Positions 13,932 through 28,000 of a DNA stretch of 64,000 nucleotides are shown piece by piece. Source of the stretch: Antedon mediterranea (lineage: Eukaryota; Animalia; Echinodermata); contig NC_092671.1 of the NCBI RefSeq assembly GCF_964355755.1, forward strand, positions 24,068,070-24,132,069, in the 5' to 3' direction. The stretch's first letter is position 1. Every line of letters begins with the position of its first letter. Under the pieces are notes generated by a model, which worked only from the letters and a program-made list of their open reading frames with translations, was not told the DNA's origin and did not search any database. Position numbers and translations under genes: made by a program.

Positions 13932-15324
13932 TTAAAGTGGAGCTACACTCAGACTTTCTCAGCTTATATCATGTTTAAGTATGTTTAATTGAAAGTGATT
14001 GCATAAAAAAAACCAGGAAAATACGGAAATATTTTCCAAAAACTCATTTCTAAAAAATCTGTCAGGAAATAGTGTTTTTTAACACATTACAGTTTTTCAG
14101 TAACTTAGGGGTTATTAGTTTACAATACGTCGCAAAACGCGTTACACTTAGCGACTGACGCGTTTTAGTCGCTGGTCAACGCATTGATGAAATGTCTCCC
14201 CTTTGGTAAATTATGTGTCGAAAAATGGGGAATAAATTTTATACACACAATTAATACGATTTGTTTAGGCCTAAGTAATATTTCCGATAAGAATGTCAGT
14301 ATAATTTACATGTAACCTCATGATTTTCACTGTACAACAACAGCATAATAATCTTATCAGATTGCTTTTAACTTTAAGCTAGGGCTAGGCCTAGCTCAGC
14401 CGTCTGCTCAGCCTAGCTAGCCTTGAATTTTTGTCTAGAGGCCTATGTATTCATAGGCATGGTCGTTTCGCCCCATTTATCGTTCCTGGGTTTTCTCGCA
14501 CATTAAGAATTGTGAAACACAAAATCCTATAGTATACAGAACAAGAGTAGTAAAGAGTAGTAAAGCGATGTGCAAGCTTAGACCTGACTGAAAAGCAACT
14601 ATTCAGGCACCCTATCATGGCCCATGGGTAGGCCAAGGTCGGGTGCCAGCAAAACAAACTTCACTGCTGTCAGCCTAGCCTAGCTAGAGGCCAAGCAGCA
14701 TCGGTACATACCTACACTCTAGTAGGCCTAGGCCTAGCTTTATTGAATATATAGCCACGTCTTTCTCAAATCTCGTTAAATTTGACATTTTAGTAATAGT
14801 CTCATAATCACATTATTACACTGTGAAACATAATAGGGTCACATTCAGAATGTTTTAATATACTTTTCGCCCGTCAAAAATAACATCGCGACAAAATAAC
14901 AGATCGCCAGCTGCAGTAGTGTGATTGTGAAAAATGTCACGTGATCGTACTCCCTAGCAAAATAAAAAACCCAATTGGACCCGAACGGGGGAAAGTGTCT
15001 ATTTACGCAAAATTGCGCAATGTATACGTGATAAAAATACCAGAAATAGAAAGATCTGGAAAAATTACATCAATATACATTTTACATTTTTTTTTTGGTG
15101 AAGAAATGAATTTTTTAGGATTATTCAAATATACCCCCCTTTTGCATGTAAAATAATAGGAAATTACAAGGTATCCCCCCAAAACGCAAAAAGGCGTGAT
15201 TTTCAAGAAAATCGTACTTATTGAAAAAAAATTCAAAAAAATATGAAGTATAAGGGATGATATTTTTAAATAATAGTTGAAATATATGAAAAATAGTAAT
15301 TTTCTGGGTGGAGCTCCACTTTAA
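13932..15324. mobile_element. Kolobok-like non-autonomous element downstream of the MYLIP stop
   Basis: ttaa-agtggagct ... agctccact-ttaa. Confidence 0.75.
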
Positions 15325-15419
15325 AATGTGCCATTCCTGATATAAATTACAGTAACATGCTAATATAATTTTAGCTACAATACCTAACACAATAGTCATG
15401 ACGATTGTTGATCTAAAAG

Positions 15420-15745
15420 TTGCGGATAACCCTTGTGATTGTCAAAGATCATCATTTCTTTTTTTTTTCTGTGTGTGTGAAGTTGTGCAGCTAACATTTT
15501 AATGGCATTTACAATTGCACAACGTGACTTGCGCACGATTTTATGAATTTTGCGTTTTTAACATAGGTGAAAAACGAAATAAAATTTTTAATTGAAAAAG
15601 TGTAATTCATATCATGTGCTAACTTTCTGTTGAAAAAAAAGGCATGTTTCACAGAAAGTTACGTGCACACGTGCGTTTAAATAGTAAATATGCAGAAAAT
15701 TATTCTCTAATCAACTCACATGGCGTTTGCTGAATATTCAAATTG
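15420..15745 (+). mobile_element. HINE family B fragment abutting the MYLIP stop codon (likely 3'UTR)
   Basis: gcggataacccttgtgatt..., gcatgtttcacagaaagttacg matches 25595-26000 and 31285-31590. Confidence 0.65.
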
Positions 15746-15763
15746 ACTTTAATTTGAAAACCT

Positions 15764-16021
15764 CTATGATGTTACAAAGACTCTTTGAACATAGGCAACT
15801 TCAGCACGACACATTGGACACTTCAGACACTCTTGGGCACATAAATCACAGCAGGTCATGTGACCACACGGACAAAAAACAGTATTATAGTTTTGATCAA
15901 GACACACTTGGCAAAGTCTTGATTCCTGTATGTGATTGATTTTCTCTTTCAACGAGGCAATGATACTCGCTTCGCTTGATGGCCCATCCTGTGTACCAAG
16001 TGAGCTGTCACGTTTACATGT
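15764..16021 (-). CDS. MYLIP: MYLIP last coding exon (RING)
   Basis: aattag|ACA TGT AAA...; C3HC4 RING followed by VQRVFVTS-stop. Confidence 0.92.
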   Translation of the reverse strand, partial: TCKRDSSLGTQDGPSSEASIIASLKEKINHIQESRLCQVCLDQNYNTVFCPCGHMTCCDLCAQECLKCPMCRAEVAYVQRVFVTS

Positions 16022-19000
16022 CTAATTATTAAGAATAAAAAAAGACAATTTTTATTGATGCACAAGTGTTACAAATAGTATTTTAACCAGAAATGTTAGC
16101 TCCAAAATATATCCTAAAATAGTGGCAATGTAGCTTAGGGTTGTACTAATACTACTCTCAGTATTAGGGCTTTTTTAAAATTAAAAAACTTATCTAGTTA
16201 ATACAAACCTTAGATTTGAGTGTGTTCTCAGGGGTAGAATCATCACTTGAATCACCTTTGACCTCATTATGACTTTTTAGAGTCTGTATATGAGCTCCAT
16301 TTCTCCTAGATGGCTGTCTGCTAAGCATTATCTCCTGTGAATGGGTACTTCTCATGGTTCCGCTTGTGAAATGCGAATCCGTCTCAAATGATTCTGAATG
16401 TCCTGAAATCTAGGTACAAATAAAATGGTTTTCATATGAACTGCATAGCAATTTATTTATATGTATAGTAAAGTGTAATACCTAAAAAAAGAAGTACAGT
16501 ACAATCAAAATTATGGTTCCATTAAAACAATTAGATGTATACGAATGCACCAATGCAGCGTTTTTGTTAGGTGTAGAGTACAAAACACTGGATTAGAACA
16601 TTTTAGGGTTAGAAGAAGCTTACTGTCGGCTGAACATTCATCTAATTTTTTAAATTTTATTAGAAAACCCTGGAGGTGCAAGATTAATGTGAAAGGGGAA
16701 TGGCCAGAGTTTCTCTGAATGGTACTTATAGTGCTCAACCAAAAACTAGAAACAGTTAGAACATGATAGGAAAAAAGATATGATATTAAAAGAATATTTA
16801 TAATGCAAACCTGTGGAATATCTTGTTCATCCCCAGGGTGAAGTAATCGCCAAGCTGAATCATGAACTTGACGTCGTGTGCGGGATACATCAAATCGAAA
16901 GATTTTACCACATTGAGTGTCTGGTTTAACCAGAACAAGCAATGATCCAAAACCAATGTGCGAGTGCTGCTGCCTCACTACCCTTTCAACTGTTTCGCAC
17001 TAGAAGATATAACAGTTTTTTTCATATTAAATCCAAAGGCAAATTACTGAAAAAATGACAATGCTGTGGGTATCAGTAGCTGGATCTGAATGGAGACACA
17101 AACTAATATAAGCAAAAAGCTATATCGAAACGATAAAGCAAAACAGCCAGAACAATTTTGGGCAACACTAGCCCTTCATCAGTGAGAATTGAAATATGGT
17201 TAATATAGGTTGTCAATAGAATAATTTTATTGATTTGGGAGTATGTTTCGAAAAATTGTGAAAAACATCAGAGTTGCGAACGTGACTTATAAACAATTTT
17301 ATGAATTTCAATGATTGATCATAGAATAAAAACCAAATTTCATTTTATATTGACACTTAATTTAATTCATATCAACAGTCAACTTTCTGTGGATTAAAAA
17401 TGGCATGTTTCACACAAAATTACGCGCACACAAGCATTTAAAATTTAAAAATGCGCAAAACTAATTTCCAATCAACTTTCTACGCAAATCATGGCATTTT
17501 GTGCATGCCAAAAATTTGCTTTTTCAAACTTGTAATGCAAGTAGATAAGTTGTAGATATGAATCCATGCAACATTGTTACCTCTCGGATAATATGATGTC
17601 ATTGTATGGCCACCCGAATATAAAATATAAGATTTTTGTCTCTTTTGTCATAGCTCACCACATTTAACCCCTTCACTGCGGAGATATATTTAAGAAAAAT
17701 ATATGATATTTTAATAAATTGCAAAAAAATACTAATTGAGATAATTGTGTAATTATTTTTGTGATGTGTGATGGGCAAAGGGTTAGTCTACAGTTAGGTA
17801 TAAAAAAAATAATTTGCATATTTTTTTTTTTTTGCGTGTTGTGATAAACACGATGTTGCCCTATTGGGGGCGGGTAAATTTTGTTATTTTTGAAATGGCC
17901 GCCATGACGCTACTCAAAACTACTTTTCAAGATAGAAATATTATTATATATACTATACTATATATAATATAATTATAGAGGGCGGATGATTTTCAAGACG
18001 ATAATACAACTATAGAGGGCCGTTTTTTTTTCTGTTCATCGAAAAAATATAGAGGGTGCTATCTATTATAGGCAAATATGATTATATCATTATTTTGCCC
18101 ATACCCGGTATTACCGGGTATACACAGTGAAAGAGTTAATAGAGCGCATCTCGCTTATCCGTATTCCATTTCCCCCGAGATTTTAATATTTCCTATGTCA
18201 ATCAATTATCTTTTGCATGAGTTACAAATATTTTTATTTTTATGACGTCATGTCTAAGAATTTTAATAACATGGGTCAATTATTTTCATCTTTACAGTAA
18301 ATTTCAATCTGTTATAGCTTGTCAGAATAAAAAGTGATACTCATGGTTAAACGTTTTCTGGAAGCTATTAGATTAGATACGAATTCATGTGAACATTTTG
18401 CAAATCGGATTTTGTGACGTCCTCATATGGCCAGTTGAATTAAAAAAGGTGGATTTTCATCTTTTGCGTCATAGTTCATCACATTTAAAAGAGTGCGTCT
18501 ATATTCTATGTATTCGAATCCCTTCAACATGTCCATATGTTAAAGTTTATCCCCCAAAGGCCCATAAATTTACCTACTTGTGTTAATAAACCAAATAATT
18601 ATATTGGAAGACCGAGAGATTGGAATGATCCATTCATCGCAAATCAATACATTTGTATAAACGTATATTAATTCCGAATTTTGCCCTTACGTAAATTTAT
18701 ATAGACTAAATGGTACGCTCGCTTCGCTCGCGTACCATCTAGGTCGTGTCCACAGATGGTTCTCGAATACACAGTAGTTTCAGCGTAAAAAATGTACGTA
18801 CCGCAGGACTATAGTAAATTGTCGTTTACAGAAACGAATAAATAGACACGATGATTTATGTAAAATTAGCACCCTGGGAATTAGGCCTTGTCTTAAAAAT
18901 TAATCAATTTGAACTCATTTAAACAAACCCAATTTGTGTTTTCTATATAATATAACATTAGAGTTGAGGGATAGGAAAGATGATGGGAAGAACAATTTTT

Positions 19001-22000
19001 AAATATATTCTCTATCCACTCAGTAACGAAATATTGTTTTAAATGTTTTATAGGCCTATCAATAATATACCACTAAACACAGTAAAACATTTACGATTTA
19101 TAATACTTTTTTAAAAACTGTCCCTGTTATAGTCGATTGAAATAGTAAAGTACATGTAACGATACACCACTGCGATGTTTATATTTTTTATAATTATTAA
19201 TTATTACAAACGTTGAGAAGCAACTGTCAGTAATCTACCCACAATCACATTAATAAATGTTCTTTGTATATTTTGTTTATATATCTAACAGTAACCACAT
19301 TCACAGTAAGACAATTTCGATTCAAATGGCGACCAAAAATGGTTAATACGTACAGTATTTACAATATTGTCAAAGTATTGCAATACTATAAGTTTTATTC
19401 TCCAAGGGCCTATAAATTTACCTACTTGTGTTAAACCAAGGGCTCACAAATTTACCTACAAACTGGGAGTCTGAGAGATTGGAATGTTCCATTCATCACA
19501 AATCAATACATTTCTATAAACGTATATATCAAAATAGTATTTTTTAAAGAAAATCGGCCTGTCTTCAACATTATGACACTGTACTTGAGGTTTTCAACCA
19601 GTTTTCAGTCATTAAAAACAATTATCGTAGGAGGAGATAGGAAAATGCGAATCATCCTCGTATTATTGTATGCAGGTATTTTTCAAGATGGACAGGCATT
19701 AGACAGTGTATACCACGATCGGAAAACACCCCTATTCGGGACAAATCATTGAACCTAAATTCGTTTTAATTGTCAATAACTAATTATCTAACTAAATTTA
19801 ATTAGTAAACAGGGTTACATCAGGCGGTTAAAATCAGTATCGAAAGTACGAACCAACTTTATATACCATCGAGTAAATATTCTAGAAATAACGCGCGATT
19901 TACCGAATTTTGTCCTTACGTAAATTTATATATAGATACTATGTACCAACTTTATATACCATCGTGTAAAATTCCAGAATTTATATATAGATACTTTTAG
20001 AATTAACAAAAAATTTGGTGTAAAGTTTTAAATTTTAATTGAAAAGGTCGACTGTAGCATTTTGATTTAGTTTAATAAAATGGTTGCTACTAGATGTCAG
20101 TCACCTATGTTTATGTAAAAGTATTTCTTCAAAGATCCTGCATTCTGAATTAATGTACTGAAAAAAGATGAGGGCTTAATCAATTTTATCTCTGTTACAT
20201 GTGCGTACAATTGAAGTCTAGTACTGTTCTGTCAGGCAACGGCAAGTGTGACAAAGATCCATATTAATCAGAAGGTTCAAGGTTCGAATGTCGGTTGGCT
20301 TTTGTTGGTTTTTCTCATTCTCACGGATTTGAAAGTAGTTTTAAAGATGAAAATAAAGTATGTTATTAATTTTACATTAAGAAATATTTTATAGCATAAT
20401 CAACCTAGTAATAACCAATCATCAAAAGTAATTTGTGAAGGAAGCCTTCTATTACTATACATGAATATGAATGTTTTTTAACAATAAAGTTGGATAAAAT
20501 AATCATCAATGCCAAAACTATATTACTAGTAACTACATAATTACTACCCAGGGATGTTACCACGCTGGTCGGCTCCGGACGGGCCTGTCCAGCACTTAAA
20601 ATTTCCAACAAGGATTTACAGGCTGCCGACCACCACTATTATTTATTAATCATTACAATATTTATATAGGCCTAAAAATTGTACCAAAACATTTTACCTG
20701 GTGACATCCCAGCTACCTTAATTATTAAATTAAATACATAATCCACATTGTTCTTTCTGAAGGAAAATAAGGATTGTTTAGTGAAACATATTTACTCACT
20801 CTGAAAAAAGTATGTGATTCTGTAAATGAGCGGAACAATGCCTGTGCTGATCTTCTTGTAGGTAGTCTATATTTGAGCCATGCTAACACATCCTCTCCAT
20901 CTGTCTCATCATGAGGTCTATAGTAATGTACTGTGAACTGATTTTGGTGATATGATACTCTACTAATATCTTCAAATTTTATACTGAAAAGAAAAAGGAA
21001 CAAATATTTGGATAAAAACTGATTACAGTAGAACCCAAATTAGGGCAAACATGTTGGGACCTAACAAAATGCCATCATACCATCATTCTAAATGTCTTAT
21101 TTCCAAATGTCTAGGTGAAAAGGGAGGGTATTTAATATTCATTCCGTGTTTATAACACCGTTCTGCAATTGTAGTCTCTTTTAACAACTTTTCTTGACAT
21201 TTTATACGTTTTAATTAAAAACGGAAAGAAGTGATTAGTAAAATATTGTTGCTATAAAATGATGTGTATTTCATGTTAACATAACATTTTAAGTTTTAAT
21301 CCTATATAAATATCATATCGCAATTATGATATTTTACTACAAAGAGTCAGAAGTAGAGAATAATGAATTATCTAACGAAAAAGTGATATCTAATGGTGAT
21401 AATGATGATGCATGTTCAGCATTCTATAAACATTTTGAAAATTTTTGCCATGTGCCGTTGCCTGATCACATTCTAAAATCAACTTGTTGTGCGCACTGTC
21501 TATAACTGTTCTAATCCGCGTCTTGGAGCACTGCCTATAGCGATCCCGGCCTAGCATTTGTTGATGATTTACCATGGATAAATTGAATGAAGTATGTGTG
21601 TTTTAAAACAAATAATGAATATTTTGTATTCGCTGAAAAGAGAGAATATTTCATTCGTTAAAAAATTGAATGCTCTATTTGCAACTAGAGTAGTGAATTT
21701 TTCAACTCATGAGAAATTCTGACCATCCAAATCATAAACATCCATTATTTGCATACAAACTCATGATCCCATGAAAGGCAAAAAAAGGTATCACACATCT
21801 GGCATGAGACTGAAGTCACTAAATCTAAATCTCACGCTTTATCATCAATTTCAAACTTTGTTTTCAATGCCTTGAATTGCTGATCCTAGAACACAACAAC
21901 ATACAGTAATAAACATCAAATTTTTTTGGGAGAATTAGGGACTTTTTAAATCAGGAATGTTTCGGCCCTCAACATTTTGACCCAGTTACCCATTTTCGTC

Positions 22001-25000
22001 ACCGAAAATTATCGTTTTTAGTAATGAACGACATAAACAAGTTGCAGCTTATTCGGCAATTATATGAACTATGCCATTTTTACATAAAATCACGGTTATT
22101 TAGTACAATATTTTTTTTTGAACATTGATACTGATAGTGTTTATACTTACCGTATGAATATTTAGTATATTCAATACAATAAAACATAACATAAGAAACA
22201 CTGAAATTAACCTTTTTACTTAAGGATGGAAACAAAATATCTACACGATAAATAATGATACTAGCTATCACAATGACGTAATTTGTAGCACAACACCGTA
22301 TTTCATTTATTGATTGATCTTTACAATGTAAACGTCACAATCACGTAATTTGTAGCACAACACCGTATTTCATTTATTGATTGATCTTTACAATCTAAAC
22401 GTCACAATGACGTAATTTGTAGCACAACACCGTATTTCATTTATTGATTGATCTTTACAATGTAAACGTCACAATGACGTAATTTGTAGCACAACACCGT
22501 ATTTCATTTATTGATTGATCTTTACAATGTAAACGTCACAATGACGTAATTTGTAGCACAACACGGTATTTCATTTATTGATTGATCTTTACCATGTAAA
22601 CGTCACAATGACGTAATTTGGAGCACAACACCGTATTTCATTTATTGATTGATCTTTACAATGTAAACGTCACAATGAAGTAATTTGTAGCACAACACCG
22701 TATTTCATTTATTGATTGATCTTTACAATGTAAACGTCACAATGACGTAATTTGTAGCACAACACTGTATTTCATTTATTGATTGATCTTTACAATGTAA
22801 ACGTCACAATGACGTAATTTGTAGCACAACCCCGTATTTCATTTATTGATTGATCTTTACAATGAAAACGTCACAATGACGTAATTTGTAGCCCACACCG
22901 TATTTCATTTATTGATTGATCTTTACAATGTAAACGTCACAATGACGTAATTTGTAGCACAACACCGTATTTCATTTATTGATTGATATTTACAATGTAA
23001 ACGTCACAATCACGTAATTTGTAGCACAACACTGTATTTCATTTATTGATTGATCTTTACAATGTAAATGCCACAATAATTAAGACAATCCCCAACTCAG
23101 CTGGCCATGTGTATGTTTGTAGGGGATCAGCGGAGAGAGTGTGATTGACTCATAAATTTGTTGTTTATTATAAAAAAAGAAAGAGGTAGAGAGTTTGTTT
23201 TCAATTTATTTATTCATTATCATTGTTATGCTCATATTAAATACTCAGAGTAAATATAAATATACATTCTAATTATAAAATCAGTGAAAAAATCAACTCT
23301 CTTTGACTAGTAGTTTTTGAGATATGGTAACCATGTAATTTCACCCTAATTTGCATTTTTAAACTAATTTGCATATCATCAGGATGAGTGGCACAAGTGT
23401 GATGTTTTAAATTTTGATCTCCTCATCATATGTGACCATTTAAAGCAGACAAATCTCTGTTTGAAATTTGCTTCACTCAAAATGATAGATTGCCTAGCCT
23501 AAATGAGTTAGTTGAAAGCACTTTTACTTTATTATCCGAATACTGAAAAAAAGATCTGCCTTGTTTTCGATTCATTTGCGCATAATTAATACAATGACTT
23601 TGGATTCTGATTTTTTGTAAATTAGAGAATTATTCAACAAATTACAGTCAATATAAGTTTGCAGTTTATTAGTGTAGCACATTCAAACATTTGAAAGTAA
23701 TGTTGATTTCCTGTTAAGAATGTGAAAGTAAAAGTACCAAGAATATAGTAATATTTAATGAGTCATGAAGAGAATACTGAATTGTTATAATGCTCAGTAG
23801 GATTTAGCTTAGTTTAAAAAAATATGAAACAAATTTAATGATACTTTGTTTCTATGTTTTAGTAAAATCGATTCTAGGAATTGAATAGCACTACCTATAA
23901 AAATATGTGAATGGTATCTGACCAGTTTGCTGACTCTATGTAAATGGGTTCAAATCGGCACACAAAAAACCCACATTGCCGAAAATAATAAAACTATGAA
24001 AAATCGTACTTTAATTAATGGTTTCTATTGCTTAAGATACCTTTGTGTTAGCAATGTTTTTTCATACGCAAAAACGAAAAAAATCACAAGCCTAGCTAAC
24101 CGCTAAGCTAGCGATCGCTAGGCCACCTAGGCTAGGCCTACAGTAGCTAGCTAAAAGTTGCAGCCTTTCATAGTTGTCCCACAAAACATTAGCGCAATTG
24201 TTGGTATCATGCCGGGCTAAATGGTAATTGACGATGTGCCGAACAGGCAGCAAAGCGAATAAAAGAGGTAAGAAGAATCCATGAATGACAGCATGTAGAG
24301 TAAAGAGTTAAGTGTATATCCGAGGAGAAACCTTGAACAAAGTATCGGCTTCCGCTATTTTCTAGAGATTTCGTCATCTTGGTGAAGCAGGAACAGTTCA
24401 CCGTCCTTAGTGAGTGACCATTCGTCTGGTAATTCCCCGTCGGCACAAGTTGCATGCATAGCAGGCATGTTTTTTCGTCTAGCATGATACATCTGCAAAT
24501 TAGACATAAGGTAAATTAAATACGCTATTAATGGGGTTAAGAACATTGTATGAACATAAGTTAAATTAAACACGCTAACTAATTGGATTAAGAACATTGT
24601 ATGAACTGAACATAAGTTAAATTAAATACGCTAACTAATTATGTTAAGAACATTGTGTGAACTGAACATAAGTTAAATTAAATACACTAACTAATTGGAT
24701 TAAGAACATTGTATGAACTGAACATAAGTTAAATTAAATACGCTTACTAATTGGGTTTAGAACATTGTATGAACTGAGCATAAGTTAAATTAAATACGCT
24801 AACTAATTGGATTAAGAACATTGTATGAACTGAACATAAGTTAAATTAAATACGCTTACTAATTGGGTTTAGAACATTGTATGAAAATAAATTAAATACG
24901 CTAACTAATTGGGTTAAGAACATTGTATAAATAAATTACATACGCTAACTAATTAGGTTAAGAACATTTTATGAACTGAACATAAGTTAAATTAAATACG

Positions 25001-28000
25001 CTAACTAATTGGGTTTAGAACATTGTATGAACTGAACATAAGTTAAATTAAATATGCTAACTATTATTGGGTTAAGAACATACAGTAAGTAAAATTAAAT
25101 ACGCTAAAAACTAATTTGGTTAAGAACATTATATGAACATAATAAGTTAAATTGACGTACCTGTCGGAGTGGTTGTGTTGGGTTGTTGGCAGCACGTTGA
25201 CATAATCCAGCCTTATATTATGTCTCTGCTAACAGACTCTTCATCCACTTCATGGCTATGTAGAGTAGCCATACTAACAAAAAGTGCGTCCCCTTCACCC
25301 ATGGTGTGTACCCTTCCAGAACATGTTCTTTTTATACATTTCCAATACTGCTTGCAGTCTTGTCTTTGGAATGTTGAAACCCTCTGTATGTTATATTAAC
25401 ACCCATCCCTTCTTAACAACAGTTGGTCCATCCATTATAAATACGAATTAAGTTCATCAGCAATGTAATATCAAGAATATCTTAACCAAATGGTAGATGG
25501 TAGAGAAAACAATCTGTGTTATTTATTAGGTTATATGCATGATATGCATATAACCTCTTGATTCTGTCAGGATCTTTATTTATTTATTTATTAGTTATCC
25601 GCATTCAGCGGATAACTCCTTGTAACTGTAACTTTTTTTTCTGTATTCTTCTTTTTCTTTCTGTCATTTTTGTGTCACGCATATCTCAAAAACGTGTAAA
25701 CATAACATTTTATAACTTTGTCAACATGTGGGCATTCACGTGAAGTTGTGCACCTGCTATTGTGAATGACGTCAGAAATGCGCAACGTGACTTACGTGCG
25801 TTTTTATGAATTTCGCGTTTTTAACATATCGAAAACCATATAACAACGTAAATTGAAACTTAACAAAAGTTTAATTTATATCTTGCGCTAGCTGACTGTG
25901 AAAAAAAATTGGCATGTTTCACACAAAGTTACGCGCGTTTGAAATTTCAAAATGCGAAAAATCAATTTTTAATCAACTTTCTACGCGTTTCATGTCATTT
26001 TGAGCATGTAAAAAATTCCCACGCATGGTGCGTGATTTGTGTTTTTCCAGCCTTTTCTAGTAATTTTACCAACTTTTAAACAATTTTGACTTAAAATTAC
26101 GTCATACAGGCACGTTGAATTGGATAATTTACGTGCGTTTTTGATGAAAAAGTTTAAAAATTTGTCAAAATTATACCTTTTTAAAAATAATCAGAGATTC
26201 TAAACTACGAGGTGAACTTTTTTAAAATTACATATCCAGGAAGATGATAAGTTGTAGATATGGAATCATGCATTGATATGGCAAACCGGACATTGTGACG
26301 TCATCGTATGGCCACGCGAATATAAAATATAGGATTTTTGTATCTTTTGTCATAGCTCATCACATTTAATAGAGCGCATCTCCACTTACCTGTTTTCCAT
26401 TTTCACCCCGATTATTATATTTTCTAGGTCAATCAACTATCTTACGCATGAGTTAAAAATATTTTAATTTCTATGACGTCATCATGTCTAAAAATGTAAT
26501 AACGTGGGTCACTTATATTCATCTTTACAGTAAATTTTAATCTGTTATAGCTCATCAGAATAAAAAGTGATAATCATGATTAAAACGTTTTCTGGAAGCT
26601 ATTGGATTGTAGATACGAATTCATGTGAACATTTTGCCAATCAGATGTTGTTACGTCATCATATGGCCAGTTGAATATAAAAAGTCGTATTTTTATATTT
26701 TGCGTCATAGTTCATCACATTTAAAAGAGCATGCATCTATATTTTATGTATTCAAATTTCTTTTACACGTTAATATGTTGTTGCTGAGATAATTTGCTTC
26801 CGAAATTGCTATCTTAGTTTTCCATTTTGATACCTTCGACAAGTTAAAAATTGGAATAATTGGCGGGTCCCGTAATTTCACCTATTCTACACTGTATGTA
26901 ATGTATACAGATTGTACTGTTTATAATAATAATAATAAATGAAAACTTATATAGCGCCGGTATCCTCCACCCATGTGGCGCTCATGGCGCTTTGTGCATT
27001 AACAACGTGCGAGAACATCAGCGAATAGCGACGTCTTTAGGTTGGTCTTGAAACTGTTTAGACTAGTTGAGCATTTAACTGTTGCTGGTAAGCTGTTCCA
27101 TACACTTGCGGCCGCAACGTAAAAAGATCTCTGACCCCATTGATTTTTCGCTCTACGCTGTTTATACTGTATATATGACACGAAATTGACAGTAATCAGC
27201 AATAACAACATATCATATTCTTCAGTTCAGGTCATAATGCCATAATCTTTTTCTGTGTGCAATATTCCAACGTATGACGTGCACGTGGCGTTTGTCGTGC
27301 GGATAACTAACTCGTCAAAGTGACGAGTTTCATGTCTAGTTTATTTATTCTTTCCTTAGCATTATTTTGTCCGTGAATTATCTTGATATCAGTTTCATCT
27401 AGCTAAGTCAATTTTTCAGAGTATATTCCTTATGGCCAGGAATCGATGTGGTTATGTTTTCACGGTGCGCAATCAAACATTACGCGGTCTACGCGCGATT
27501 TAACGAAATCACGTTTGTAATCATATCTTCACAAGCATGAATCACTTTTAAACAAAATTTGGTACTCATAAATTTAAGGTCATATTTCATCATATGGCAA
27601 TACAATTACGTACGTAGCGCATATAACGCATGCGTACGCCCGCTTAAAATGTTCAAAATTGTCAGAATTTATATTCGATGAAATTAGAGTACGTTTCAGG
27701 CAATTTTAAGCGTTAAAAAAATTGCCATGAGTGTGCAGATTTTTGCACGCGCACTGCGCGTCATCAAACGTTAATGCGCACTGTTTTTGTCCGATTACTG
27801 TTGTATAACCTTTCTTTGATAATATCATCATATTTTATTCACTTTTCAACGCTAAATTGCGTTAGTTAACAAAATGGTGAAAATATGCTAAATTTTAGAA
27901 TTAATATGGATCGTCAGAATGCTCGGGAACACCTATTTTTTATTTCATTTTCTTGAAGTGTATGTATCATATGTATGATTTATTATGAAATTAAGAGAAC

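Noticed and set aside
16511-16810. Extension of ORF 16511-16978 as coding sequence
   Set aside because: Beyond the CAG|gt donor at 16811 it is intron read-through with no similarity to MYLIP.
22269-23076. CRISPR-like array
   Set aside because: Units are contiguous and near-identical with no unique spacers, no cas genes, and the context is a eukaryotic intron.
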